Source: an uncultured Nitrososphaerales archaeon
GTDB lineage: Archaea > Thermoproteota > Nitrososphaeria > Nitrososphaerales > Nitrososphaeraceae
Reading direction: 5' to 3'
NCBI GenBank assembly: GCA_963841565.1
Contig: CAWJCY010000003.1
Span: 96,001-160,000, forward strand
Length of the DNA stretch: 64,000 bases
The position numbers were made by a program, and so were the translations under genes. Below the pieces are notes generated by a model. It was not told where the DNA came from. It did no database searches and worked only from the letters and a program-made list of their open reading frames with translations. Within the stretch, counting starts at the first letter, position 1, and the number at the start of each line of letters is the position of its first letter. Positions 41,894 through 52,068 of this stretch are shown here, piece by piece.

Positions 41894-42313
41894 CTACTCA
41901 ACAGTTATCTTTAGTTCGGCTTCTGTGTCAGGATTTTGTAGTTTCATTACCAAATCTCGTGGCATATCTGAGGAAGCTTTATCACAAAGTACACATAGAG
42001 TTCGAGGGCATACAAAGTTACTTTTCCTGATGACAATGTCGTGGCCATGCGAGAGCGTCAAACGCTGATCTGTGAAACCATGCATACTAAAGCTCATCCC
42101 AGCTACAATAATTTCAAGATTCACCCTCCTCCCAGCCTCGGACAGTTTTGCCTTAAACTCTCTATCAAAATCATTACACGCTTTGCTGGCAGAAACTCCA
42201 GCTATACAGACTCCTTTCGTGCTTAATGACACTGCTTTCGTGATCTCTATCGTCTTCTTATGGAGGCATCGGATGTTCCTGTGACCTAAAAAAGTGACCC
42301 TCTCCTCTTTCAT
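41894..42313 (-). CDS. DUF371 family protein
   Basis: GHRNIRCLHKKTIEITK, DIVIRKSNFVCPRT, DKASSD. Confidence 0.88.
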   Translation of the reverse strand: MKEERVTFLGHRNIRCLHKKTIEITKAVSLSTKGVCIAGVSASKACNDFDREFKAKLSEAGRRVNLEIIVAGMSFSMHGFTDQRLTLSHGHDIVIRKSNFVCPRTLCVLCDKASSDMPRDLVMKLQNPDTEAELKITVE

Positions 42314-42395
42314 AATACAATTTTGCCTTGCGTAATCATATATAAGTGACCCAAGGTAAATTTAAATTGAACTCATTTAAGTAGATTAGAATGAA

Positions 42396-43133
42396 TTGTT
42401 ACCAGCAGCAGCGGGATATGATAGAGCTATAACGGTTTTCTCTCCTGATGGGAGGCTTTACCAAGTAGAATATGCAATAGAGACGGTTAGAAGGGGCACT
42501 CTTGCAGTTGGATTGAAGTACAAGGGAGGAGTCATCCTCGCAGTTGAAGAAAAGACACGAAAATTGCAAATTTCAAATGTTACCCAGAAAATCTTTCAAG
42601 TTGATGATCACATAGGTGTCGCTGCGGCGGGTTATATTCCTGACGCTAGATCACAAGTTGATCATGCGAGATTTTTTGCACAGAGTAACAGACTGATTTA
42701 CGATGAACCTGTTGATGTTGAGGGCGTTGCGAAGAATATTGCCGACATGGCTCAGCAATTTACACAATACGCCGGTGTAAGGCCTTTTGGGGTAGCCTTA
42801 ATTCTAGCGGGGGTGGACGAAACAGGTGCGTCACTATATTTGACTGACCCAAGTGGAACGTACATTGGTTACGATGCTGTGGCAATCGGAGCAGGAAGCG
42901 ATCAGGTTACTGAATATCTAGAAAAGAGCTACAAAATGGACATTAGTCTCGAGGAATGCGGATCTCTAGCGATTGAGTCAATTTATTTGGTCAGCGAGGA
43001 CAAGAACAGCACCAGAAATATCAAAATGGCTGTTATTGACACAAATACCAAGATTATGAGGAAAGTCCTTGATGAAGAACTCGAAAGCTATGCCAAGTTA
43101 GCCAAGCAAAGAGAAACTGCGAAGGGACAGTGA
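42396..43133 (+). CDS. psmA: Proteasome subunit alpha
   Basis: GYDRAITVFSPDGRLYQVEYA, RPFGVAL, TDPSG. Confidence 0.97.
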   Translation: MLPAAAGYDRAITVFSPDGRLYQVEYAIETVRRGTLAVGLKYKGGVILAVEEKTRKLQISNVTQKIFQVDDHIGVAAAGYIPDARSQVDHARFFAQSNRLIYDEPVDVEGVAKNIADMAQQFTQYAGVRPFGVALILAGVDETGASLYLTDPSGTYIGYDAVAIGAGSDQVTEYLEKSYKMDISLEECGSLAIESIYLVSEDKNSTRNIKMAVIDTNTKIMRKVLDEELESYAKLAKQRETAKGQ

Positions 43134-43161
43134 GTTAGTTAAGAAAGCCTCTGTTTCGAGC

Positions 43162-43824
43162 TTGGATTCACTTCTAAAGAAAAAAGCGCCGAATTTAAAA
43201 ATTGGCGAGTGGGTTCAAGGGGTACCGACTAATATCGATAAAGAACTAGGTAAGGTCATTGTTGTCGAAGTGTTTCAGGTTAACTGCCCCGGTTGCTTCT
43301 TATATGGTATACCAGAAGCTATTTCTGTATATAATATTACAAACAAGAGCGATGTGAAAGTGTTAGGAGTTGCTACCGCTTTTGAGGATTATGATAAGAA
43401 TACGTTGGATAACTTGAAACTGCTCATAACAAAAGGTGAGGTGATTGGCGAAACATTGCGCGCTCTTCGAATGTACGGTAGACTTAGGAACGGAAATAAG
43501 CTTCCCTACACCATCCCGCATCCGGTCGCTATGGACGCCTTAATAAGAAGGTCTGGCGATGTTCAAGAAAGCCAGGTACTAGATTTTCTTGAAGCGAACG
43601 TAGGCAGTTACCAGACTTACAGTGAACAGGACAAACAAATGCTTTTTGATCGTGCAAAACACTATCTGGTATCCAAGGAGTTTGCGGCTCTTACTTTCGA
43701 GGATTACAAACTCAGAGGAACTCCTTCAACTATTCTTATAGATCGAAACGGCTTAGTACGTGATATTGCCTTTGGTGCTGATGGAGGACTACAATCCAAA
43801 GTCGATTTGTTACTAAAAGAATAG
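43162..43824 (+). CDS. Thioredoxin-fold (TlpA/peroxiredoxin-like) protein
   Basis: FQVNCPGC (CxxC), TAFED, RGTPSTILID. Confidence 0.85.
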   Translation: MDSLLKKKAPNLKIGEWVQGVPTNIDKELGKVIVVEVFQVNCPGCFLYGIPEAISVYNITNKSDVKVLGVATAFEDYDKNTLDNLKLLITKGEVIGETLRALRMYGRLRNGNKLPYTIPHPVAMDALIRRSGDVQESQVLDFLEANVGSYQTYSEQDKQMLFDRAKHYLVSKEFAALTFEDYKLRGTPSTILIDRNGLVRDIAFGADGGLQSKVDLLLKE

Positions 43825-44673
43825 ATGCAAGCACCTTTTCCTTCTCTATCTGTAGCGATCCCTGATACATCGTTAATCGATTCAAAATCTCTTCTGGAAA
43901 AGAGTTTAAGAGTGGCTCAATTCGCCCGCGCTCTATCCATTTTTCGAGTAGAGAAAGTCTACGTGTATCATGATGTATCATCAACCGTTCGACCAGACGA
44001 CACTAAATTAATCACTTTGCTACTTGAATACTTAGATACACCCCAATATTTGAGGAAATTGCTATATCCTAAAATGAAATTGTTACAATTTGCCGGTATG
44101 CTACCACCCATACAATCCCCTCATCACAAGAAGTTCCGAAGAGCCTCTGAAATTCAAGGCGAAGAGGCTCGAGCAGGTGTTTTACTGAGAAACAGGGGTA
44201 CTTGGGTAGTAGATGTTGGCCTGGATCGGACCGTTCCATTTGTCGGCCATACCAAAAATTCGAGAAAGGCAAATTTCAAATTGACAGTCAGAAAAGGACA
44301 ACTGGTCGCCGAGGAGATCAATGGAAAAGTAGACGAGAGCGAGTACTGGGGCTATGATGTAATCAGTATCCACACCCTATCAGACATCGCTAGAAGCCTT
44401 TCTGATGTAAAATTCGTCATAACCTCGCGAAGGGGAAATTCGATATCCCATATCATTCCTTCCCTTGCTAAGAATTTCAAACACACTTCCGAGTTAGTTT
44501 TGATTTTTGGTTCACCACGAAATGATGTTTGGGAGATTGTAAATAGGATGGATGAAAATCTTGTTAATTCATCGTTGGCTATCAATATGTTTCCGCTACA
44601 AGGCACCAACACGGTCCGATTAGAGGAAGCCTTGTTGGGCTCACTTGCCATAATCAATAGCATCCGAGTATAA
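43825..44673 (+). CDS. SPOUT-family RNA methyltransferase (DUF171-like)
   Basis: SVAIPDT, EYLDTPQYLRK, YWGY, FGSP, QGTNTVRLEEA; precedes rpl3. Confidence 0.88.
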   Translation: MQAPFPSLSVAIPDTSLIDSKSLLEKSLRVAQFARALSIFRVEKVYVYHDVSSTVRPDDTKLITLLLEYLDTPQYLRKLLYPKMKLLQFAGMLPPIQSPHHKKFRRASEIQGEEARAGVLLRNRGTWVVDVGLDRTVPFVGHTKNSRKANFKLTVRKGQLVAEEINGKVDESEYWGYDVISIHTLSDIARSLSDVKFVITSRRGNSISHIIPSLAKNFKHTSELVLIFGSPRNDVWEIVNRMDENLVNSSLAINMFPLQGTNTVRLEEALLGSLAIINSIRV

Positions 44674-44759
44674 CTTGGCAGCTGGCAGGCGTGCTAGACT
44701 TGAATCTTGAGTAATGTGTATAAATTTATTAAAGGGGCAGGGAGAGGGATGGTCTATCC

Positions 44760-45755
44760 ATGGGCCATAGAAAATATAGCGCTCCACGAAGGGGCAGTGT
44801 GGCATTTAGACCTAGAGCTAGAGCAAAAAGTCTAGAAGCAAGAGTTCGGAATTGGGCCCAAAGTACAGAAGCTAAACCCGTTCTTGGCGCCTTTGCTGGG
44901 TTTAAGGTTGGCATGTTAAGCGTCGTGACTGTTGATGATCGAGACAGGACGCCCAACTTCGGGAAGCAACTTGCAAACCCTTCTACATTACTCGCGACTC
45001 CGCCATTGACTATAGCAGGCATACGTGGATATCGAGTCGATTACAGTGGTAGGCATGCGTTGTTTGACGTAAGATCTCGAGACACAATCAGGGATCAGAA
45101 AAAAAAGGTTCAGCAAGGTTCTTTGGAAGAGGCGATGAGTAAGGCAGAAGGTTATCTCAATAATATTAGTTATGTATACGTAGTGGTTTCAGTCTCTCCT
45201 AAAGATGCTGGATTATCCCAAAAGAAACCCTATACTTTTGAAATCCAGCTTACGGGCGGCGATACAAAGCAAAACTTTGACTATGCAAAATCGATTATGG
45301 GTAAGAAGTTAAAAGTGACGGATATATTTCGAACAGGTCAATCGATAGACGTTGCCGCTATTACACGGGGAAAAGGAGTTGAGGGTCCAATTACTCGGTT
45401 TGGAGTAAAGAGAAAGCAGCACAAGTCGAGAAAAAGTGTTCGTGCAGTGGGGACACTTGGTCCCATATCTCCAGCAGTTGTAATGTTTACCGTCCCAAGA
45501 CAGGGTCAACGAGGCTTTCACCAAAGGATCGAATACAATAAACGGATATTATTAATTGGGAACACATCTGAAGAGGGACTTGACATCAACCGGAAAGGAG
45601 GGTTCAAGCACTTCGGAGCATTAAATGGAGATTTTATAGTTGTTAGGGGTTCTATTCCAGGAGTTCCAAAAAGACTAGTAAAGCTGAGAATGCCAATTAG
45701 GCAGAAGAATACGAAGATTTTAGAGCCTAAAATTGTAGAAGTGGTGGTAAAGTAG
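44760..45755 (+). CDS. rpl3: 50S ribosomal protein L3
   Basis: MGHRKYSAPRRGS, GFKVGM, TRGKG, GQRGFHQRIEYNK. Confidence 0.97.
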   Translation: MGHRKYSAPRRGSVAFRPRARAKSLEARVRNWAQSTEAKPVLGAFAGFKVGMLSVVTVDDRDRTPNFGKQLANPSTLLATPPLTIAGIRGYRVDYSGRHALFDVRSRDTIRDQKKKVQQGSLEEAMSKAEGYLNNISYVYVVVSVSPKDAGLSQKKPYTFEIQLTGGDTKQNFDYAKSIMGKKLKVTDIFRTGQSIDVAAITRGKGVEGPITRFGVKRKQHKSRKSVRAVGTLGPISPAVVMFTVPRQGQRGFHQRIEYNKRILLIGNTSEEGLDINRKGGFKHFGALNGDFIVVRGSIPGVPKRLVKLRMPIRQKNTKILEPKIVEVVVK

Positions 45756-45756
45756 C

Positions 45757-46561
45757 TTGAAGGCGAAAGTACTAGATCTGGATCGTAGTAATGTAGGGTC
45801 TATAGATTTACCACAAGTCTTTCTTACACCATATCACCCTGCAGTAATACACAAAACGTACGTCAGCTTAATCTCGCATTCGTATCAAGCTCAGGGTAGG
45901 TATCCCTTTGCAGGAGAGATTGTTAGCGCTGAGTCTCGCAATACTGGTCTAGGGATTGCGAGGATTGCAAGGGCTAGGGGACAAGGTTTTCCCAGGGCTG
46001 GTCAAGTCTGCGGGTGTAGCCGGGGTAAGACATGGAAGAGTCGCGCATCCTCCAGTCTCATTTAAGAGAATATACAAGAAGATTAATAAAAAGGAGAAAA
46101 TCCTAGCACTTTGTTCCGCAATTGCTGCTACATCAAGGCGTGATCTCGTAAAGCGGCGTGGACATGAGCTTGAGGATAGTTTAGAACTTCCTCTAATTGT
46201 TTCAAATAAGATTGAATCGATAGATAAGGCAAATGATCTTAATAGGGCCTTGATAAAATTGGGCTTGGAGGCGGATTTAGAACGTGCAAAGTCGAAGAGC
46301 CGAACTGTACGGGGAACTTCAAGAAGACATGGTAGATCTTCTGGTGTGAGTGTTCTGTTACTAGTATCTAGGAACAGCAACATTATGAAACTAAAAAGAT
46401 CATTAGCGGGGGTTGATGTGAAAGCTGTGGATAGTTTGAATGTAATGGACCTATTGCCTGGTTCCAAACCAATACGGCTGACTATGTATTCACAGAATGC
46501 AATTGATGCGCTGGTAAAGTTCAACGGATTAAGTGGAAACTTGGGGAGGAAAACTGAATGA
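45757..46561 (+). CDS. rpl4: 50S ribosomal protein L4; +1 frameshift at ~46007, sequencing error
   Basis: SAESRNTGLGIARIAR...RAGQ joins AAGVAGVRHGRVAHPP...KKINKKE on removal of one base; essential gene. Confidence 0.93.
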
Positions 46562-46854
46562 GTAAGGATGTACCTGCAAAGGATCTTCTTTCCATAGAAG
46601 ATGCTAGGTCGGTTCTAATTCAACCATACATCACCGAGAAAACATTCAATATGATAGAAAAGGAGAACAAATTGGTTTTTATAGTTAGAGAAAGGAGCAC
46701 AAAGCAACTGATAAGAGAAGTTATGAGTGTGCTGTACGATGCCGACGTTATAGATATTAACACATTCAGAACAATCAGAGGAAAGAAGGCTGCTGTGAAG
46801 TTCAGTGATCCAAATGGAGCAAGGGACTTAGCTACCACGTTGGGCCTGGTGTAG
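46558..46854 (+). CDS. rpl23: 50S ribosomal protein L23
   Basis: PYITEKT, NKLVFIV, GKKAAVKF. Confidence 0.95.
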   Translation: MSKDVPAKDLLSIEDARSVLIQPYITEKTFNMIEKENKLVFIVRERSTKQLIREVMSVLYDADVIDINTFRTIRGKKAAVKFSDPNGARDLATTLGLV

Positions 46855-46929
46855 GTTCTGTGTCAGTTCAGTTAGTGTCACTACCCAGTACGTTTAAAAG
46901 TGGAATAAATCATGCAGACGGTGATATAC

Positions 46930-47338
46930 GTGGTTAGGGAGTTTAAGTTTAAAGGTTATCTACCTGAACAACTGCAGGCATTACCCATAGAATCACTTTT
47001 GCCACTTTTGAACTCAAGACAGAGACGATCTTTGGATAAAAGAGTGGGCAAATTCATGACCGATGAAAAGAGAAAACTTCGCGAAGAGATTAAGCGAAAT
47101 AGGGAGGGAAAGTCAGACTGACGAGATAAAAACCCACCTCAGAGACATGATTATTCTTCCAGATATGATCGGAGTGACTATTAAAGTTCATAATGGCAAG
47201 GAATTCGTTCCAGTAAATATTAGACCAGAGATGGTTGGGCATTACGTAGGTGAATACTCTATCACTAACAAACGCGTTCAGCACGGAGCTCCTGGAGTTG
47301 GTTCATCAAGATCCAGTCTATACGTCCCCTTAAAGTGA
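46930..47338 (+). CDS. rps19: 30S ribosomal protein S19; +1 frameshift at ~47113, sequencing error
   Basis: GTG start after GGTGA; REFKFKG..RQRRSL joins [39 protein letters not shown]. Confidence 0.93.
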
Positions 47339-47345
47339 ATGTATT

Positions 47346-47822
47346 ATGCCAGAATATGGATATGCTTTAGAAAATTTTGACAAGTCAAGACACGTAAGAG
47401 CCTCGATAAGGGACAAGTCAACCTCGCATAAGCATGCTAGAGAGGTAGCAGTAGCCATTAAAGGGATGTCGATCGAAAAAGCGCGCCTATTTCTTGAAGA
47501 TGTGATTGCCAGGAAAATAGCTGTACCATATAGAAGATACAATAACGAGGTCGCTCATAGATCTAATATCCGTGATGGCTTTTGCTCGGGCCGATATCCT
47601 AAGAAAGCTGCCCGAGAAGTGTTAAAGTTGTTGGACAATCTGGAGGCAAATGCTGAATATAAGGGAATGGATTTGGATTCATTGAAGATCACAAGTGCCG
47701 TAGTACATAAAGGTACAAAGATCAAGAGATTTACTCCTAGAGCGATGGGAAGATCTAGTCCCAAATACAATACATTGATACATTTTGAGTTGGTTGCACA
47801 AGAAAAGAGGGTTCATGAATGA
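47346..47822 (+). CDS. rpl22: 50S ribosomal protein L22
   Basis: SHKHAREV, GRYPKKAA, PRAMGR. Confidence 0.96.
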   Translation: MPEYGYALENFDKSRHVRASIRDKSTSHKHAREVAVAIKGMSIEKARLFLEDVIARKIAVPYRRYNNEVAHRSNIRDGFCSGRYPKKAAREVLKLLDNLEANAEYKGMDLDSLKITSAVVHKGTKIKRFTPRAMGRSSPKYNTLIHFELVAQEKRVHE

Positions 47823-48532
47823 GTGCTATCAATAATGTAATGAAAAATAATTTTAGAAATCTCGAGTTAGATGAGTTCCTTTCGGAAACTCTAAGAGATG
47901 CAGGATATGGACGCGTAGATGTACAGAAGACGCCAATAGGAACCAGAATTACCTTAAGTGTTACTCGTCCGGGGTTGGTGATCGGAAGGAAAGGCACTGG
48001 GATAAAAGATTTAACAACAAAATTGGAACAAAAGTTTGGTTTAACCAATCCTCAGATCTCTGTCATTGAACTCGAAGCCCCTGAGCTGAACCCTAAGATC
48101 ATGTGTAATCGAATCGCACAATTGATCGAAAGAGGTACCGCATTCAGAAGGGCAGCGATATGGACGAATAACACGATAATGAATGCAGGTGCTTTAGGCG
48201 TTGAGATCACAGTAGCAGGTAAACTGAGAAGTGAAAGAGCCCATTTCGAAAAGCACGCTGCAGGTCTGGTCCCAAAGAGTGGTGATGTAGCAAACAAGGT
48301 GGTAAGATACGGAGTCACCCATGTGCTGACTAAGATGGGATTAATGGGAATACAATTGAAAATAGCGATTAAAAACGAAATGCCTCGCGAGTTCGAGATG
48401 ATCGATTCAGAAACTAGTGACAAAACAACGGAAGTTCAGAAGCTGGAAAGTACAGTGGAAGCTGTAGCTGAAGACAAAAAAACCGTTGAAGGAAATGAAT
48501 CTGTAGAGGCGGAAAGAAAGAGCGATGGGTAG
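47819..48532 (+). CDS. rps3: 30S ribosomal protein S3
   Basis: RPGLVIGRKG, AFRRA, GKLRSERA. Confidence 0.96.
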   Translation: MSAINNVMKNNFRNLELDEFLSETLRDAGYGRVDVQKTPIGTRITLSVTRPGLVIGRKGTGIKDLTTKLEQKFGLTNPQISVIELEAPELNPKIMCNRIAQLIERGTAFRRAAIWTNNTIMNAGALGVEITVAGKLRSERAHFEKHAAGLVPKSGDVANKVVRYGVTHVLTKMGLMGIQLKIAIKNEMPREFEMIDSETSDKTTEVQKLESTVEAVAEDKKTVEGNESVEAERKSDG

Positions 48533-48731
48533 AATTAAACTGAAGGTATTACGTGAAATGAATGATAGGGATCTTACAGAGAAATTGGATGAACTATCTT
48601 CTGAACTTACAAAGCTGAGATCTGAGGGTGCAAAGGGCACATTAAAGAAGGAAACAGCGAGTATCAGATGGACCAGAAGGGATATCGCGAGAATAAAGAC
48701 GATACTCACAGAGAGGGTCGAAAACCATTGA
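48525..48731 (+). CDS. rpl29: 50S ribosomal protein L29
   Basis: LREM..L..L..EL, RRDIARIKTIL. Confidence 0.93.
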   Translation: MGRIKLKVLREMNDRDLTEKLDELSSELTKLRSEGAKGTLKKETASIRWTRRDIARIKTILTERVENH

Positions 48732-48994
48732 TAACAAGCGAGAATATGATTTATCATGAATTAGTTGGACTGCACGCCCGCATGTTCGATTCAGGTCCAT
48801 ATTCTGGATTATCTGGACGTATTGTTAAGGAAACTAGAAATATGATCACCCTCAGATCCGGTGAGGTACTGAAGAGTTTGCCGAAAAATTGTATTAATAT
48901 TAGGTTAACGCTTCCCACTTGCGGTTGCTTTATAAGTGGAAAGTGTCTGATAGGGAGACCAGAGGACCGAATTGTAAGGAAGAGTTTGGGATGA
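48728..48994 (+). CDS. rnp1: Ribonuclease P protein subunit Rpp29/Pop4
   Basis: TTG start at 48728; ITSENMIYHELVGL, SGRIVKETRNM, LIGRPEDRI; usual position after rpl29. Confidence 0.9.
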   Translation: MITSENMIYHELVGLHARMFDSGPYSGLSGRIVKETRNMITLRSGEVLKSLPKNCINIRLTLPTCGCFISGKCLIGRPEDRIVRKSLG

Positions 48995-48997
48995 ATT

Positions 48998-49321
48998 ATG
49001 GTTAGAAATATTGGAATTTCTGTGTCTCCACCCCGGAGATCATGTGAAGATATAAATTGTCCTTTTCATGGCAAACTCTCGGTTAGAGGTCGAGTTTTTA
49101 CGGGTACTTTGGTTAGTGCAAAAGCCCGAAAAATGGTTGTTGTTGAACATCAATATTCAAGGCCGGTAACGAAATACAAAAGATTTGAAAGAAGCAAATC
49201 AAAAATGCATGCATATGCTCCCGAATGTATGGATGTAATTGAAGGAAAGCGGGTACGAATCGCAGAATGCCGACCTTTGACTAAGACTGTTGCTTTTGTG
49301 GTGATAGAGGTGGAGCAATAG
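48998..49321 (+). CDS. rps17: 30S ribosomal protein S17
   Basis: CEDINCPFHG, KYKRFE, ECRPLTKT. Confidence 0.96.
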   Translation: MVRNIGISVSPPRRSCEDINCPFHGKLSVRGRVFTGTLVSAKARKMVVVEHQYSRPVTKYKRFERSKSKMHAYAPECMDVIEGKRVRIAECRPLTKTVAFVVIEVEQ

Positions 49322-49323
49322 AG

Positions 49324-49758
49324 GTGTCCTCCAAGTCAAGAGCCGTTTCAGCAAAAGGTGTGGAAGAATTCAGGCCGTATGTCACAAGAGCATTGCCTAT
49401 GACTGCTACTTTGGTGTGTGCAGATAATACCGGCGCCAAGATTCTTCGCATTGCTCAGGTAAAGAGGTTTAAGGGACGACATTCCCGGTTACCGGCAGCT
49501 GCAGTGGGTGACTTTGTAACCGTAACCGTCAAGAAAGGTCCAGCAGAGTTGCGAAAGCAGATCTTTGGCGCAGTAATAATACGGCAAAAATACCCTGTCC
49601 GAAGATTGAATGGAAATAGGTTAGTGTTTGAAGATAACGCTGCGGTATTGGTTACTCCTGAGGGTGAGATTAAGGGAACAGACATAAAGGGGCCAGTAGC
49701 TGCTGAGGCAGCTGAAAAATGGCCAAGGATTGCAAATTTGGCTGCGCTAATCGTTTGA
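49324..49758 (+). CDS. rpl14: 50S ribosomal protein L14
   Basis: CADNTGAK, VTVKKG, FEDNAAV, KGPVA. Confidence 0.97.
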   Translation: MSSKSRAVSAKGVEEFRPYVTRALPMTATLVCADNTGAKILRIAQVKRFKGRHSRLPAAAVGDFVTVTVKKGPAELRKQIFGAVIIRQKYPVRRLNGNRLVFEDNAAVLVTPEGEIKGTDIKGPVAAEAAEKWPRIANLAALIV

Positions 49759-49783
49759 AAAATGAATGGAGTAGAGAAAATTA

Positions 49784-50224
49784 TTGACAAATAGATTAAT
49801 AGGCGTCGTTCCAAAGCATTTGACGGAGCGCAAACTCAGGTCTCCTCTATCGCATGCCCTACGGGAAAAATTCGGAAGGCGCAACTTAAGAGTGATTGCC
49901 GGAGATACAATCAAAGTGATTCGCGGTGAATATAGTGGTATCGAAGGCAAGGTTGAAAAAGTTAACATGAAGCGGGGAAGTCTCGCTATTGAAGGAATCC
50001 AAAGGGAAAAGGTGCGCGGAGGAAACGTAAAGGTAGAAATTAATTCTACTAATGTTGTAATTACGGATTTAGATTTGGATGATAAGTATCGACAGGTTTT
50101 GATTCAAAGAATTAACGAACCAGAGAAAAAAAAGCCAATTGAAAAGAAACCTAGAATTAGAAAACAAAGTAAGCGACGTTCAACAAATAATAGGAAGAGT
50201 AAAACCAAAGGAGGAGAGAAATAG
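49784..50224 (+). CDS. rpl24: 50S ribosomal protein L24 (uL24/L26e); start uncertain
   Basis: GDTIKVIRGEYSG.EGKV KOW motif, SNVVITDLDLDD. Confidence 0.93.
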   Translation: MTNRLIGVVPKHLTERKLRSPLSHALREKFGRRNLRVIAGDTIKVIRGEYSGIEGKVEKVNMKRGSLAIEGIQREKVRGGNVKVEINSTNVVITDLDLDDKYRQVLIQRINEPEKKKPIEKKPRIRKQSKRRSTNNRKSKTKGGEK

Positions 50225-50226
50225 AT

Positions 50227-50946
50227 TTGGCAAAGAAGGGAGGAGATACTACCGTCAAGAGGCAGCGTGCTCCTTCGTTTTGGAAGATTAGACGAAAGCA
50301 AGGCCGATTTGTGGTCCGTGCAAGGCCGGGGCCCCATCAGAAGGCTATTTGTTATCCGCTTGGGATTCTAATTAGAGATGTATTGAGAGTCGCTCAGAGC
50401 ATGGACGAAGTAAAAAGAATGCTCAATGATGGAAAGGTATCTGTAGATGGCGTGGTAAGGAGAAGCATTGGTTGGCCGGTAGGATTAATGGATATTATAG
50501 AACTTATTCCTTTATCACAAGCGTTCCGTTTAGTACCAAAAGATAGGAATCTCTTGGTCCCAGTGCTTCTTTCAAAACAGACTGAAAAGAGCCTAAAACT
50601 ACTAAGAGTAACACTTAGGAAAACGATTAAAGGGAAAGAAACACAATACGGTTTTCATGACGGTAAAACTTTGATTGCGAATGAGCAGTATTCCGTAGGA
50701 GATTCATGTTTAATCGATCTGTCCAATAAGGAGGTCAAGTCACATATGAAATTAGAGAAGGGTTCAATTGTCCTTGTTACAAAAGGCGAGAATGCAGGGG
50801 CTATTGGAAAGATTGAAGAAATTCGTGAAGGCCTTTTCTCATTGCCTAAGCGAACGGTGGTTTCATTTGGTGATAGATCAGTTGAACTACCGGTACAGAT
50901 GGTCATGTTGGTCGGTCATGAAGAGCCAATAATTCAAGTGAGTTGA
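50227..50946 (+). CDS. rps4e: 30S ribosomal protein S4e
   Basis: KRQRAP.FW, PGPH, VDGVVR, PVGLMD, HDG. Confidence 0.96.
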   Translation: MAKKGGDTTVKRQRAPSFWKIRRKQGRFVVRARPGPHQKAICYPLGILIRDVLRVAQSMDEVKRMLNDGKVSVDGVVRRSIGWPVGLMDIIELIPLSQAFRLVPKDRNLLVPVLLSKQTEKSLKLLRVTLRKTIKGKETQYGFHDGKTLIANEQYSVGDSCLIDLSNKEVKSHMKLEKGSIVLVTKGENAGAIGKIEEIREGLFSLPKRTVVSFGDRSVELPVQMVMLVGHEEPIIQVS

Positions 50947-51474
50947 ATGAATATGGATACTTCGAATTCGGAAAATATTATGAGAAGGATTTCGGTAGGG
51001 AAGGTTGTCATTAATATCGGTGTTGGAAAATCTGGAGAGCCTGTTGAAAGAGCGAAGCACGGTTTAGAAGATTTGACTGGAAAAATCCCGACGGTAACGA
51101 CGGCCAAAAAAAACTTGCGAGATTTTGGAATCCACCAAGGAGAACCGATTGGAGCGATGGTGACGCTGAGAAGAAAGGATGCAAACGATTTCTTGAAAAG
51201 ATGTCTAGAAGCTAAAGGCAATAAGATAAATATTAGTTCCTTCGACGATTATGGCAACATCTCCATGGGCATACGTGAACACATAGACATCCCTGGTACA
51301 AAATACAATCCCGATATTGGTATCTTTGGCATGAATGTCTGCGTTAGTTTGGTGAGGCCCGGCTATAGCATTTCCAAGAAAAGAAATAAGAGTAAGATCG
51401 GCAAAGGTCACAGGATTAGTAAGGATGGGGCAATTGAATTCTTTACAAGTGGATTCGGAGTTGAAGTATCATAA
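50947..51474 (+). CDS. rpl5: 50S ribosomal protein L5
   Basis: [34 protein letters not shown]. Confidence 0.96.
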   Translation: MNMDTSNSENIMRRISVGKVVINIGVGKSGEPVERAKHGLEDLTGKIPTVTTAKKNLRDFGIHQGEPIGAMVTLRRKDANDFLKRCLEAKGNKINISSFDDYGNISMGIREHIDIPGTKYNPDIGIFGMNVCVSLVRPGYSISKKRNKSKIGKGHRISKDGAIEFFTSGFGVEVS

Positions 51475-51653
51475 TGCCAAAACCTAGGGATTATGAAATT
51501 ACTAAAAGGAGAAAAATTGCCCATGGTAAGGGTTCGAGGTGGTGCAAGAGATGTGGTGCCTATAATGGATTGATACAGCAGTACAAATTGTTTTTATGTA
51601 GACAGTGTTTTAGAGAGGTTGCCCAGCACTTGGGCTTTTACAAGTACGAATGA
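51474..51653 (+). CDS. rps14: 30S ribosomal protein S14 (Zn-ribbon type)
   Basis: Not in the ORF track (59 aa): [47 protein letters not shown]. Confidence 0.96.
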   Translation: MPKPRDYEITKRRKIAHGKGSRWCKRCGAYNGLIQQYKLFLCRQCFREVAQHLGFYKYE

Positions 51654-51675
51654 TTGGGAGGATGGTAATAGTTAA

Positions 51676-52068
51676 ATGCCAGCATTAAATGTGTTAGCGA
51701 ATTTGCTGAATACACTATATAATAACGAATCAAGAAGAAAAAAAGAGTGTATTGTTGTGCCTGCGTCTAGATTCACTAGCGAAGTATTGCGGGTCATGCA
51801 GAAACATCATTACGTCGGCGAGTTTGAACAAATTGACGATGGTAGAGCGGGGAAGTTTCGTATTCAACTTCTAGCCGCTATAAACAAGTGCGGGATAGTT
51901 ACTCCAAAGTATAGTGTTAGAAAAAACGGGTATCTTGACTGGGAAAGACGATACTTACCTGCATTCAGCATGGGTGTATTAATTGTCTCAACAAGTAAGG
52001 GTGTTATGTCACATCACGAAGCCCAACAGCTGGGATTAGGTGGAGTCCTAGTAGGATATGTGTACTGA
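51676..52068 (+). CDS. rps8: 30S ribosomal protein S8
   Basis: YVGEFEQIDDGRAG, INKCG, STSKGVMSH. Confidence 0.96.
   Translation: MPALNVLANLLNTLYNNESRRKKECIVVPASRFTSEVLRVMQKHHYVGEFEQIDDGRAGKFRIQLLAAINKCGIVTPKYSVRKNGYLDWERRYLPAFSMGVLIVSTSKGVMSHHEAQQLGLGGVLVGYVY

Noticed and set aside
45757-47338. rpl4 and rps19 as pseudogenes or programmed frameshifts
   Set aside because: Both are essential genes with intact halves and no slippery heptamer; single-base sequencing errors are more parsimonious.
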